A stretch of 64,000 nt of DNA from NCBI GenBank assembly GCA_046293135.1, contig JBKBPR010000007.1:6026-70025 (forward strand), given 5' to 3'. Positions 9,783 through 18,813 of this stretch are shown piece after piece. A program made the translations under genes and the position numbers. The notes beneath the pieces were generated by a model that worked only from the letters and a program-made list of their open reading frames with translations, did no database searches and was not told the DNA's origin. Position 1 is the stretch's first letter. Each line of letters opens with the position of its first letter. Source of the DNA: Alphaproteobacteria bacterium. GTDB taxonomy: Bacteria; Pseudomonadota; Alphaproteobacteria; Micavibrionales; Micavibrionaceae.

Positions 9783-10122
9783 GGGGCATATTCTTCTTTC
9801 TGGCTTTCTTCCTGAAACGCGGCACGTTTTTTGCAGCGGGCTTGTCTGCCGCACTCGCTTTCAACAATTCATCCATACTGGCAAACTGTGTTTGCGGCTG
9901 GAGTGCTTTGATCAACCTTTCACTCAACCCCAAAACAAATGTAAGCTTGATAAAGGATTCGAGCGATATCTTACCCGTCTGCTCAAATTTCCTGAGCACG
10001 GCAACGCTCACGCCGGAACGCTGCGCCAGCTCGGCCTGCGTCATGTTACGGGCAATCCGATGCTCACGCAGAAGCCGAGAAAGCTCCAAAAAACTGTCTT
10101 TCGGGGTCAATATAGCTATCAT
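9775..10122 (-). CDS. hipB: HipB-like XRE-family HTH antitoxin
   Basis: LRKHRIARNMTQAELAQRSGVSVAVLRKFEQTGKISLESF motif. Lies immediately upstream of, and overlapping, hipA. Confidence 0.8.
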   Translation of the reverse strand: MIAILTPKDSFLELSRLLREHRIARNMTQAELAQRSGVSVAVLRKFEQTGKISLESFIKLTFVLGLSERLIKALQPQTQFASMDELLKASAADKPAAKNVPRFRKKARKKNMPHD

Positions 10123-10213
10123 AGTATTAATTATACTATTAAATTTACTTTATTACCACCATTATATCAATAAGATGAAACTCTTCTCATTTACCAGAAA
10201 AAGTAAACCAAGG

Positions 10214-10373
10214 GGTAAACTGGGGCAGTTTACCAGTCAACTAAACTATTCAAGAAAATCAAACACTTATCATGTCAAGTAAGTTGACAGTTTACCCCGT
10301 TACTTGACGCATTTATTTAAATAAAACAAAGGCTTGTGCAAAATCTGTCAAGTAGCTGAGTCAACTAAGTTGA
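10214..10373. repeat. Array of short direct and inverted repeats (GGTAAAC/GTTTACC and GTCAA[G/C]TAA) upstream of hipB; operator or iteron candidate
   Basis: GGTAAAC (10214-10220) and GTTTACC (10228-10234) form an inverted pair, with GTTTACC again at 10290. GTCAACTA occurs at 10236 and 10360, and GTCAAGTA at 10274 and 10347. GTCAAGTAA (10274) pairs with TTACTTGAC (10300-10308) as a 9-nt inverted repeat. Confidence 0.5.
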
Positions 10374-10757
10374 AAGTCCTGACGCTAAAAAAGTCCCGCA
10401 CGTTCCCCGCCCCTATAGGAAATGCCCCCACAGGACCCGCGCGAATTCCTGCGAGAATGCCAGACCGCTCTGCGTAGGCGTGCGTACATCACTGAATGAC
10501 GGACGAAGTTTAACGAAATTTGATATCCATTAACCGACCGGGATGGGGTGCGTGGATCTGTATCCCACGCCCCCTCCCTTTAGGGAGGGGTGGAGAGAGT
10601 GACATCTGCTCACATGCCGCGAACCCATGTACACCAAGCTTTACAGACAGAAATGCAGACGGCAGATGCAGATGCACCAGAATTTCTGCTCTGCGTGTAA
10701 GCTCTTGTAATTTAACAAAAGCAGATGTTACTGCCCGGCAGATCTGCCGCAGATTCA

Positions 10758-12878
10758 TCATCGCGTCTTCTCTTCATCATGATAAACCCAGCTCTGCGCA
10801 TTTTCGACCTGACGCACGCCGCCGGAGCCTTCATCCTTATAATGTGTTGGCAGGACAGTAATAGCCGACGTCATAATCTCGCCGGTATTCTCATCGATTT
10901 CATCCTGCCCCAACTGCATATTTTCAACCACCAGATAACCATACTTGCTGCGCTCTGCTGTTTGTTTCGTCAGCGGATGCGGGGTTTTGAGGCATTTAAT
11001 ATAGCCTTTGCCCATCAGAACGCTGATGCGCTTTTTGATGGTCGTCTGGCTGCCGAGCCCGTCAATATCCTCATATGCTTCGCTAAAGCTTTCAATCGTG
11101 TAGAGCTTTTTATCAAACTGCGCGTCTTCCAACAGGCGTTGTAGGATCTGGTCATGCTGGCGGTGACGTTCGGATTTGAGTTTATTAGAATAATTCTGCC
11201 GGATCAGCGGCTGCGTATCTGGATCAATCTCCGTCCACACGCCGCCACGTTTGACCACATGCATATTCACAATGCCGGGGCCATTACGTAGCTCAAAATG
11301 CAAAGAGCGGACATCCTTATTTTCATCTGGCCGAAAGATCAGCATGCCACTGGTGTAATAACTGCGCAGCGAACTGGCGCCGCTCAAGGCCTGAAACGGA
11401 TCATCCTTGAACATGGCCTTGCTGATTTTCTTGGTGTGGTGGACGAGGATAATCCCGGCGTAAGGGTTGATCACATCGCGCAGCATTTCGACCCGTTGCT
11501 GCAGGAAAAACAGCATGGCGTTGTTGTCATTCTCGCCGAGATTGCCAAAGTCCGGCCCACCATCAAACACATTGCGGATTGGATCGATAACGATAATATC
11601 CGGCGGCGCGTCGGGAAACTTCTCCTGGATCAAATCTTTGATGATCGAGAGCCCGTCATCATTCAGCAGTAGCTTTAATTGCGGCGTGATATGGATATTT
11701 TGTCCGGCTTTGAGGATGGCCTCCTCAGACAATCCCATTTTCTGCAGACGCTCCCGCAGATAATCATACTGGATTTCTGCCTGCAGCACGAACACCCGCA
11801 GCGGCCTGGGCGGTGTGAATTTCAGAAACGGCTGCCCGGCGGCCATATGGGTCAGCAGCGAGAGCGTAAAATCACTCTTGCCAGATTTGGGCGCGCCGCC
11901 AATCACCAGCATGCCAGAGGGCGTGAGCAGGCGCGGGGCGATCAGATCATCCGGCATCGGGCTTTTATCGGCAATCAGCTCCGCCAGCGAGAAGGCTTCA
12001 TAGCGCTGCAGCTGGATTTTTGATTGTGGTACAGAATTCAAAAAGGCATGAATGTTAAGGCCGTCCTGCACCGCATCGGCGGCATCCCATTTCTCCGGCT
12101 TATCGGCAGGCGGGATGATAACCCGCAGACTTCTGGGCTTTATGGATTGAAGGCCTGTTTTCAAGCGTTCGACATATTCTTGCCCGGCTTTATCATTATC
12201 CGGCCAGATTAGGATGTCCTTACCAGCCAGAGGGCTGAAGTCTGTTTTTGCAGGATCAAAATTTGCACCGCCCATAACGGTCGTGGCCGGAATGCCAAGA
12301 TCAATCAACACCTGGGCGCATTTCTCGCCCTCTGTGATAATGATACGATCACTGGCAGCGATACCAGGCAGATTATACAGCGGCCTGCTCTCCGGCATGG
12401 AATGCTTTCGGGCAATATGATCATAAGGCAGAAAAGTCTTTTTGCCGTCTGCACCGTCTGTGCGTTTGACGGTGACCAGCGGTTTACCGGATATGTCTGC
12501 GTATATCCATTCCCTGCGCTGCAGTGATATTGGCGGCACAACCGACGACAACCCCAGCCAGTCCGCGCAGGAGCGCAACACAGCCGGAAAATCCCGTTGT
12601 GTATCCAGCCCATGCACCGCCGCCCACAGGTCGAAGATATCGCCGCCGTGGTCGATCTCAAAATCCTGCCACAGCCCGGCCTTTTCGCCGCTCATATTGA
12701 TTTTCAGGCTCTGGCCTTTTTCACCCTGCAGGCTGCCGATCTGGAATTCCCGTTTCAGCTGCCTGCCATTAGTAAATAGATGCCGCAAAACCTCCGGCAA
12801 CCGCGCCAGCATCGCAGCCTTGACCTCATCCCGAGACGGCAAGTCAGGATCGTTATAATCCAGCGTTTTAAGGGGCAT
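10758..12878 (-). CDS. Bifunctional primase/replicative helicase-like protein (TOPRIM + RecA-like AAA_25 domain)
   Basis: TOPRIM ...RIIITEGEKCAQVL...LIWPDNDKAGQEY; P-loop VIGGAPKSGKSDF; Walker B-like IIVIDPIRNVF; C-terminal wHTH-like tail. Confidence 0.8.
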   Translation of the reverse strand: MPLKTLDYNDPDLPSRDEVKAAMLARLPEVLRHLFTNGRQLKREFQIGSLQGEKGQSLKINMSGEKAGLWQDFEIDHGGDIFDLWAAVHGLDTQRDFPAVLRSCADWLGLSSVVPPISLQRREWIYADISGKPLVTVKRTDGADGKKTFLPYDHIARKHSMPESRPLYNLPGIAASDRIIITEGEKCAQVLIDLGIPATTVMGGANFDPAKTDFSPLAGKDILIWPDNDKAGQEYVERLKTGLQSIKPRSLRVIIPPADKPEKWDAADAVQDGLNIHAFLNSVPQSKIQLQRYEAFSLAELIADKSPMPDDLIAPRLLTPSGMLVIGGAPKSGKSDFTLSLLTHMAAGQPFLKFTPPRPLRVFVLQAEIQYDYLRERLQKMGLSEEAILKAGQNIHITPQLKLLLNDDGLSIIKDLIQEKFPDAPPDIIVIDPIRNVFDGGPDFGNLGENDNNAMLFFLQQRVEMLRDVINPYAGIILVHHTKKISKAMFKDDPFQALSGASSLRSYYTSGMLIFRPDENKDVRSLHFELRNGPGIVNMHVVKRGGVWTEIDPDTQPLIRQNYSNKLKSERHRQHDQILQRLLEDAQFDKKLYTIESFSEAYEDIDGLGSQTTIKKRISVLMGKGYIKCLKTPHPLTKQTAERSKYGYLVVENMQLGQDEIDENTGEIMTSAITVLPTHYKDEGSGGVRQVENAQSWVYHDEEKTR

Positions 12879-12925
12879 TTTCTACCCCCTTTGCGCTTGC
12901 TGGTAATACGCAACGAGCTTGTTGA

Positions 12926-13324
12926 TCAGATCAGCTTCCTGTGTCCCATCATCACCGTGACTTCATGCGGCCCATACGTCCACCGGTCGGCGAGAAGATT
13001 GGCTTTCACAAAATCCTCTGGCGTGCACACAAGCATGACCCAATCCGCGCCTGATGTTTCAGACAGGTTCATGCTTTGGATGTCATCAATCCTGTCATAG
13101 AGCCAGACAGGTCGGGGGCTTCGCATGGACAGAGCGGCGGCCAGTTCTGAATAGGGAGAGATGAAGAGCAGTTTTTTATCAACTGGCGCCAGATCGCTCT
13201 TCGCCACAGGCCAAATCTCAATACCGCCCTTGTTGATGACTGTAAAGTCCTGGCTGGATTTCTCCTTAAAATCCGGCCTTGTGTTCAGGATCTTCGCTGC
13301 TTTGGAGACTTTTTCCTGTATCAT
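12926..13324 (-). CDS. Hypothetical protein (island A)
   Basis: 132-aa ORF, co-directional, with a 4-nt overlap with the upstream HTH gene. No motif recognised. Confidence 0.45.
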   Translation of the reverse strand: MIQEKVSKAAKILNTRPDFKEKSSQDFTVINKGGIEIWPVAKSDLAPVDKKLLFISPYSELAAALSMRSPRPVWLYDRIDDIQSMNLSETSGADWVMLVCTPEDFVKANLLADRWTYGPHEVTVMMGHRKLI

Positions 13325-13533
13325 TTTTTGCCTCCCTGCTGTTCATCCATGGTGGAGGTAAAGTTGCGGCTATTCTCAAACTCTTCGATATCCGAGTTTC
13401 TATAAACAACACGACCGCCGATTTTGTGATAACGCGGACCAGTACCCAGCCACCGCCAGCGCTCCAGCGTACGTGGTGAAATCTTCCAGCGTCTGGACAA
13501 TTCAGTCTGATTTAGGAAAAGTTGCGCGCTCAT
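13321..13533 (-). CDS. AlpA/MerR-like small HTH protein (excisionase or regulator)
   Basis: LNQTELSRRWKISPRTLERWRWLGTGPRYHKIGGRVVYRNSDIEEFE motif. Confidence 0.7.
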   Translation of the reverse strand: MSAQLFLNQTELSRRWKISPRTLERWRWLGTGPRYHKIGGRVVYRNSDIEEFENSRNFTSTMDEQQGGKK

Positions 13534-13758
13534 TTTTGGCCTCCGTTCTGCTCATCGAGCCATTGAAAGAAAGCCTGTTCATCGATCAGAACGCGGCGAC
13601 CGGCGCGGCGGATGACTTTATCAAAACCGTTCTGGTCGGCATAAAAAAACCAGATGGCGCAAACCGCCAACAGGCGGCCAGCTGTGATGTTTCGGCCATT
13701 CGGTGAGCGGGATAAATCGCCGCTGCAGGGGCGGTGATGCTTCAAGTGTTTCGGACAT
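13530..13758 (-). pseudogene. HTH_17/excisionase-like small gene with a frame break in a T7 homopolymer (A7 on the plus strand, 13643-13649)
   Basis: A strong SD (AAGGAGAAAGCAAA) precedes the ATG at 13758. MSETLEASPPLQRRFIPLTEWPKHHSWPPVGGLRHLVF continues in another frame as YADQNGFDKVIRRAGRRVLIDEQAFFQWLDEQNGGQK. The joined product aligns with the island B homolog at 19164-19358. Confidence 0.65.
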
Positions 13759-13882
13759 TTTGCTTTCTCCTTTATTGGTAAGTGCCGCGCTGAATTGCAC
13801 GACATGGAGAAAGCCTGAACGATTTTTTGTGAATGTAAAATTCGTCATATTTAACCCGACATGCAGGATTAAATATGACTGG

Positions 13883-14488
13883 TCACAATAAATATGACTG
13901 ATTGATTTCGCGGATAACTTCTTTGCGCTCTTCGATATCTGCAATCGAAACCTGCAAATTATCCGTTTCGCGTATCATATAAAGAATATGGTCGATATGA
14001 GCCGCCTCCGCATGATGATGCGCCTTGAGAAAAGCTTTGTATGCCTTTTCATAGCGCTCAGGAAAAGGCCGGTCATTCTCGATCATCATAATGTAAGGAA
14101 TAAATTCGGCCTTTTTCATGAATGCCAAACATTGCAAGTTGCCCTCATCTTTTGGCAAATCATATTCTTTGTTCACGGCATAATAAGCGTTCTTGATTTT
14201 CGTATCACCAAGGCTCAGCCACTCGCCCAGCGCCTGCATGGTCTGGTTAAAGCTGCTGCCGTAACCAACCAAAAGCGCTGCCATAAGGCCAATTCTCTTA
14301 TCCTGAACATAAGTTTTCGTTTTTGCCTTCAAATGATGCAGTGCGCCTTCATAAAGCCAGTCAATGTCTGCTCCATGCTTCTTTTTCATGGCATAGGCAA
14401 CGATTTTGAGAGAGCGTATAAAAGCACCAAGATCATGATCACTGGCCTCGTAGCTTTTTTTAAGTTCATCGAATATTCGTGCCATCAT
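13883..14488 (-). CDS. Hypothetical protein occupying the integrase-adjacent slot of island A
   Basis: 201-aa ORF whose ATG overlaps the integrase stop (ATGA). No motif recognised. Confidence 0.5.
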   Translation of the reverse strand: MMARIFDELKKSYEASDHDLGAFIRSLKIVAYAMKKKHGADIDWLYEGALHHLKAKTKTYVQDKRIGLMAALLVGYGSSFNQTMQALGEWLSLGDTKIKNAYYAVNKEYDLPKDEGNLQCLAFMKKAEFIPYIMMIENDRPFPERYEKAYKAFLKAHHHAEAAHIDHILYMIRETDNLQVSIADIEERKEVIREINQSYLL

Positions 14489-15552
14489 CTCGCCTCCCCG
14501 AAAATCTTTTCATTCATGCTGGCGACAACTTTATGCGTGTGCGCCTCGGACAAATGGGCATAGCGTTTGACCATCTGCAGGGTTTTGTGCCCCAACACCT
14601 CGGCGATCTCGGCCAGCGTTGCGCCGTTCATCGCCAGGTAAGAAGCCGCGCTGTGGCGCAGATCATGAAAGCGGAAATCATCAATCCCGGCTTTGGTCAG
14701 CGCATTTTCCCATGCGGTGCGGATATCAATCGGCTGGCATTTTGCCTTGGACGGGAAAACGTAATCGCATTTCTTGTCCCGATTTTCATGCTGTGACTGC
14801 ATTAAAGAGCGGGCATAACCCGTGATCGGGATCACCCGGCGTTCACCATTTTTGGTTTCGTGCAAGATGATGGTGCCGCGTTCCAGATCAATGTCCTTCC
14901 ATTTCAGACCGACAATCTCCATCTTTCGCGCGCCGGTGCTGAGCGCCAGCACGACGATATTATACAGATGCGGATTATCCGTATCCTTGCAGGCCTCCAG
15001 CAGCCGTTCCCTCTCATCATCAGAAAGAAAGCGCACCCGCCCGCGCGGCTGTTTCAGTTTTGAGATCTTGCGCACCGGATGAATTTCCAGCCATTCCCAG
15101 TCATTAATCGCAACGGTAAAAATATGACTGAGCGCGGATACATAACGGTTTGCGGTTGTTGGGCTTCGCTCCCGCCCGAACTTGCCCTTGCTGCCCAGCA
15201 GTTTGTTACGCGCCGATACGATCAAGGCGGGGGTAATATCGGCCATGGCATAGGCGCCAAGCTCTTTCTCCCAATAGGCCAGGTAGTTTGCCAGATTTTT
15301 ATTGCTGGCCTTTTCATAGATGAGGATCTCGGTACGGTAACGCTCCAGCGCATCGGAGAATGTAAATTTGCGGGCCTGACTGGTTTTGAAATAGCGCCCC
15401 TCGCGGATAGCGGCCTCTGTCTGCTGCACCCAGCGCTTGGCATCGGTCAGGCGTTCAAAGGTCGCAATCTGCTGCGGATGCCCTTTGATCCGTACTCTGG
15501 CGCGGTAGGATGCAACCCCGCCGCTTAACTCTCTTTTCTCAATCGTCGCCAT
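14485..15552 (-). CDS. int: Tyrosine recombinase/integrase (island A)
   Basis: ...LALSTGARKMEIVGLKW...HDLRHSAASYLAMNGATLAEIAEVLGHKTLQMVKRYAHL (R..HxxR..Y catalytic pattern), next to the tRNA fragment. Confidence 0.9.
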   Translation of the reverse strand: MATIEKRELSGGVASYRARVRIKGHPQQIATFERLTDAKRWVQQTEAAIREGRYFKTSQARKFTFSDALERYRTEILIYEKASNKNLANYLAYWEKELGAYAMADITPALIVSARNKLLGSKGKFGRERSPTTANRYVSALSHIFTVAINDWEWLEIHPVRKISKLKQPRGRVRFLSDDERERLLEACKDTDNPHLYNIVVLALSTGARKMEIVGLKWKDIDLERGTIILHETKNGERRVIPITGYARSLMQSQHENRDKKCDYVFPSKAKCQPIDIRTAWENALTKAGIDDFRFHDLRHSAASYLAMNGATLAEIAEVLGHKTLQMVKRYAHLSEAHTHKVVASMNEKIFGEAR

Positions 15553-15676
15553 AATAATTCAAAATAGAACAAAACAAGTACGAACATCAAGCCATCAATC
15601 GCAAAAGATTGCAACTCTTAAGGGTTTATCACAAAAAATGACGGTATAACAAAGGGTTGCGCGAGTCATGCACTCG

Positions 15677-15754
15677 TATGGGACAGTGAAAGGGACAATT
15701 TATCGTAAGTTATTGTTGTTATTTGTTTCTTACTGTCCCATGAGTGTCCCATGG
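15677..15754. promoter_or_regulatory. Candidate arm-type integrase binding sites of island A (TGTCCCAT family)
   Basis: CTGTCCCATG at 15733-15742, GTGTCCCATG at 15745-15754, and an inverted copy TATGGGACAG at 15677-15686. All lie between int and att. Confidence 0.45.
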
Positions 15755-15820
15755 AGCCAAAAAACGAAAAGCGCCTTTCGGCGCCATCGACTTAAGTCAT
15801 TGAAATATAAAGAAAAAAAT

Positions 15821-15865
15821 TGGTTGCGGGAGTAGGATTTGAACCTACGACCTTCAGGTTATGAG
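15821..15865 (-). repeat. 45-nt copy of the 3' part of tRNA-fMet (CCA end to anticodon loop); att repeat separating islands A and B
   Basis: tggttgcgggagtAggatttgaaccTacgaccttcaggttatgag is 43/45 identical to 22297-22341. The two changes swap one T-stem base pair. The 5' half of the tRNA is absent. Confidence 0.9.
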
Positions 15866-15981
15866 AATTGTTAAAGCAAATAATCACAATAGTTCACAGT
15901 CAACAATAACAATATATTCAATACGTTAGCAACAATATTCTTTTGCAGTGTTTTGCTGTTATATGCAGTTTTTTGGGTCTT

Positions 15982-16021
15982 AGTGTGCCACCAGTGTGCC
16001 ACGGGACATTCACTGTGCCAC
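15982..16021. promoter_or_regulatory. Candidate arm-type sites of island B, distal end (GTGTGCCAC family)
   Basis: AGTGTGCCAC x2 (15982-15991, 15993-16002) and CTGTGCCAC (16013-16021). Confidence 0.45.
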
Positions 16022-16438
16022 GGGATTTTTGTCGGCAAAACCCCTATTTTAAAGCATTTAAATGACAAATTTTCACAACCTGACACTTATTATGCAGCTC
16101 CCCTTAACCAATAAGTTTGCATCCATTCGACAACATATATATGGGAGATTTTAGAGCTTCATAAATTTATTTCGCGCTATTGGGCGTGCACGAGAAAAAC
16201 TGTATTTGCACAGAAAAAACATTGAGACCCGTATCTAGTAGACAACATTTTTTTTACTTTTACATAGCCCCCCGTCTGTAAAAACACGATTTTTGTCAGG
16301 GCAATAGATATAAGTAGCAATGGTGCCCCCTTCGGCGGGGTACTTTGTTGGGGAGCCAGATACCCCCCATATAACACCGGATAAGACTACACCCCATTTA
16401 ATACGAGTTTCCTTACTTTAACAAATTACTTAAACTTC

Positions 16439-17968
16439 TCAAATTCTGATAGAGTTTAATTTTATTTCTGAATTCACAAAATAGACCTCTGTAGGTTTTC
16501 TTGTGCTCGCATCTGAGTGGGGTTCGCTCAGATAATTCTTTGAAATCAGCAAGGCTAAAGCGTTGCCAAGGCGTTTCTTCTCGCCAAGTTTTTTATTTCT
16601 GTTCCCGTCTATAATTTCAGTTTTTGTAAGCCTGTCTTTACCAATGGCTTTTAACCATTCGAGCAATTCCTTTGCGTCATTGACTTCTGTATCAGCACCC
16701 ATCATTGAGAATGCAGCAATGGCATGTTTCATAAGCAATCTTGATAGTGCTATGGCCTGTAACATAGTGGCCTCCTGAATAACCGTGTGCTGCGGGCTTT
16801 GATGCTGCGCTTGGTGCATTAGAGCGGCAATCCTGAGCGTATACCCTGCCAACTTCCCAGCCCATGCCCTGCATATATAAAGCTGACCGTCTGGTCTCAA
16901 CTCCCTTTCAATCTCTTTTTCTCTGAATGCCTTAAACATCTTAAATGACGGTGTATCAAGAGTCATGCAATGTGGCTCATCCGGAATTGGTAAGTGCAGT
17001 AAATTGATTATAGCATTGCTGTATTGCGTTTGAGCAAAGGCATCGATTTCAATTTCTTCAAATTGTCTGTACCCTACGTTACCAATGGGCAAAGCATATA
17101 AATACCGCTCCAATGCTCCGTTCCCTGTAAAGCTTTTCTTATCGGCCATATTGGTTAATATTTGCGGCTGTATTAAAAGCGCCAATGTCAAATAAGGATT
17201 GAGTTTATAATCTCTATTCGCACGTTTAATGCGTGTAGCACCACCATCAATGCCCTTTAACACAATGTCAATATTGGCATTACCATTATTGTAAAGACCT
17301 GCTAAGACCTCGGTAATACCACCTTCATCTGATATGATTGCCAGCCTGCCTTTTTGTTCGTGCACCAACTCGGCTATGGCCTCAGGCGTGGCATCTGTGG
17401 TGTAAATTTGTGGAACAACAGGCATATCTTCTTTAAGTTTTTGCAGTTTTTCATCCAACGTCACCATTTCCGTTTTTGACTTATCAATATCTTCAGCCTT
17501 TGATTTTTTATTTCTGATGACACCAAGAGCCTTGGCAATTTCTGTTTCTATGATTTTTATATTAACCAGCGCTTCTTTTCTTTCCGGCGCAATCTTTGTT
17601 TCTTGCATACCCTCCCATTCATCAATGGGGGCTTTAAGATATTTAAGTACCTGAGATTTATTGCTAGCAGGGGGCATGGCAATTAACGTGTAAATATTAA
17701 CTGGCTCCCTCCAATCGCCAAACGGCTTAACGACAAACTTCTTTGACATTGCCGCTGATACCATGCCCAGAGCGGCCATAACAGGCATAGCGGTGGGCAC
17801 ACAAAGCATCTGGGAAATGTTTTGCACAAATCCTGCCAAGGCATCCGGTAACAGGCTTGGTGGTATATCAGGCGTTTCATAATTATCAAAGGGAATGAGC
17901 GGCTCAAATTCACCATTAAAGCTTTCTACTGTGGGCTTTTTATTATCTAACATATCCAGAATATCCAT
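16439..17968 (-). CDS. DUF3987 (YfjI-like) helicase-like replication protein
   Basis: ...LPDALAGFVQNISQMLCVPTAMPVMAALG...LIAMPPASNKSQ...LAIISDEGG..., typical of DUF3987. Its start overlaps the PrimPol stop. Confidence 0.7.
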   Translation of the reverse strand: MDILDMLDNKKPTVESFNGEFEPLIPFDNYETPDIPPSLLPDALAGFVQNISQMLCVPTAMPVMAALGMVSAAMSKKFVVKPFGDWREPVNIYTLIAMPPASNKSQVLKYLKAPIDEWEGMQETKIAPERKEALVNIKIIETEIAKALGVIRNKKSKAEDIDKSKTEMVTLDEKLQKLKEDMPVVPQIYTTDATPEAIAELVHEQKGRLAIISDEGGITEVLAGLYNNGNANIDIVLKGIDGGATRIKRANRDYKLNPYLTLALLIQPQILTNMADKKSFTGNGALERYLYALPIGNVGYRQFEEIEIDAFAQTQYSNAIINLLHLPIPDEPHCMTLDTPSFKMFKAFREKEIERELRPDGQLYICRAWAGKLAGYTLRIAALMHQAQHQSPQHTVIQEATMLQAIALSRLLMKHAIAAFSMMGADTEVNDAKELLEWLKAIGKDRLTKTEIIDGNRNKKLGEKKRLGNALALLISKNYLSEPHSDASTRKPTEVYFVNSEIKLNSIRI

Positions 17969-18735
17969 TATACCAGCCCTCTCTTTTTTGCTTCTGCGAT
18001 TGCAATGGATTCGAAGGTTCTAAAGAGTTCATCATTAGGCAAAGGCGGGGTGCATCTGGAATCATTCCAAGCGGCCACTAGCATGAGCGCCATTCTCGGT
18101 TCAATCTTATGCCCTAGAAGCTTACCAGTAATGCGTGAGATACTATCATTGCGGCTTCCTTCTGATACGCCTTGTAGCAACTCATTCCAGTTGGTTGGTG
18201 CTCTTTGGTTATTTGTAGTGCCCCTAGCAAGGTTTGTAAGCCACTCAGGGGCTTTTTCAAAATCATCTGCGCTATCTACCGACCACTCATATCTTTTGCC
18301 GTTAGGGTGTATAGAAGGCGGCGCTACGATATACCCCCCCTCTCCGCGAATATCGATTTTTTCACCGACTCTACTAGCAGAAATTGAGAAATTTAAGCAA
18401 TTTGTCCATTTAAAATATAAGTGCCTACCACCGCCTCCGCTTATGGCTTCAACAGTGGGCGGCAATTCCCCGTATTTTTGCTCTAGGGCACGCAAAGAGG
18501 CTTCGCCTTCGTGACCGTCTATATCAAGCACCCAAACGCCTGAGCGTGCTCCTGTGGCGATTCCAATGTTAGCGTCCGGCCATTTCTTCCACCATTCGTT
18601 TATTTGCGCGGGGTCATTGGCTGCATCTTTATGCCCGTGTGCAGTTAATGGTTTTTTTCCTTTGGGTTGAAGAGGGAATATTCTGGCTCCCTGCTCGACA
18701 AGCTTTAAAGCTTCATTAAAAAGTATATTTGTCAT
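17968..18735 (-). CDS. Bifunctional DNA primase/polymerase (PrimPol, N-terminal domain family)
   Basis: ...IFPLQPKGKKPLTAHGHKDA...NIGIATGARSGVWVLDIDGHEG...GGGRHLYF motifs. Confidence 0.75.
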   Translation of the reverse strand: MTNILFNEALKLVEQGARIFPLQPKGKKPLTAHGHKDAANDPAQINEWWKKWPDANIGIATGARSGVWVLDIDGHEGEASLRALEQKYGELPPTVEAISGGGGRHLYFKWTNCLNFSISASRVGEKIDIRGEGGYIVAPPSIHPNGKRYEWSVDSADDFEKAPEWLTNLARGTTNNQRAPTNWNELLQGVSEGSRNDSISRITGKLLGHKIEPRMALMLVAAWNDSRCTPPLPNDELFRTFESIAIAEAKKRGLV

Positions 18736-18813
18736 TGTTTATCCTTGCTATTTACAAGGCGCGAGTAAGGGCTGACGCTGTGGCCAGCGCCTTAACTCTT
18801 GCCTTCATCTCAT

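Larger units (their letters stand above)
10758..15865 (-). mobile_element. Integrative island A (minimum visible extent): int - orphan - 2 small HTH genes - orphan - primase/helicase. The right end is the 45-nt tRNA-fMet fragment; the left end is unresolved.
   Basis: The tyrosine integrase sits next to the tRNA 3'-half repeat. All genes are co-directional, with 4-nt overlaps. No third tRNA fragment was found at 1-10757. Confidence 0.65.
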
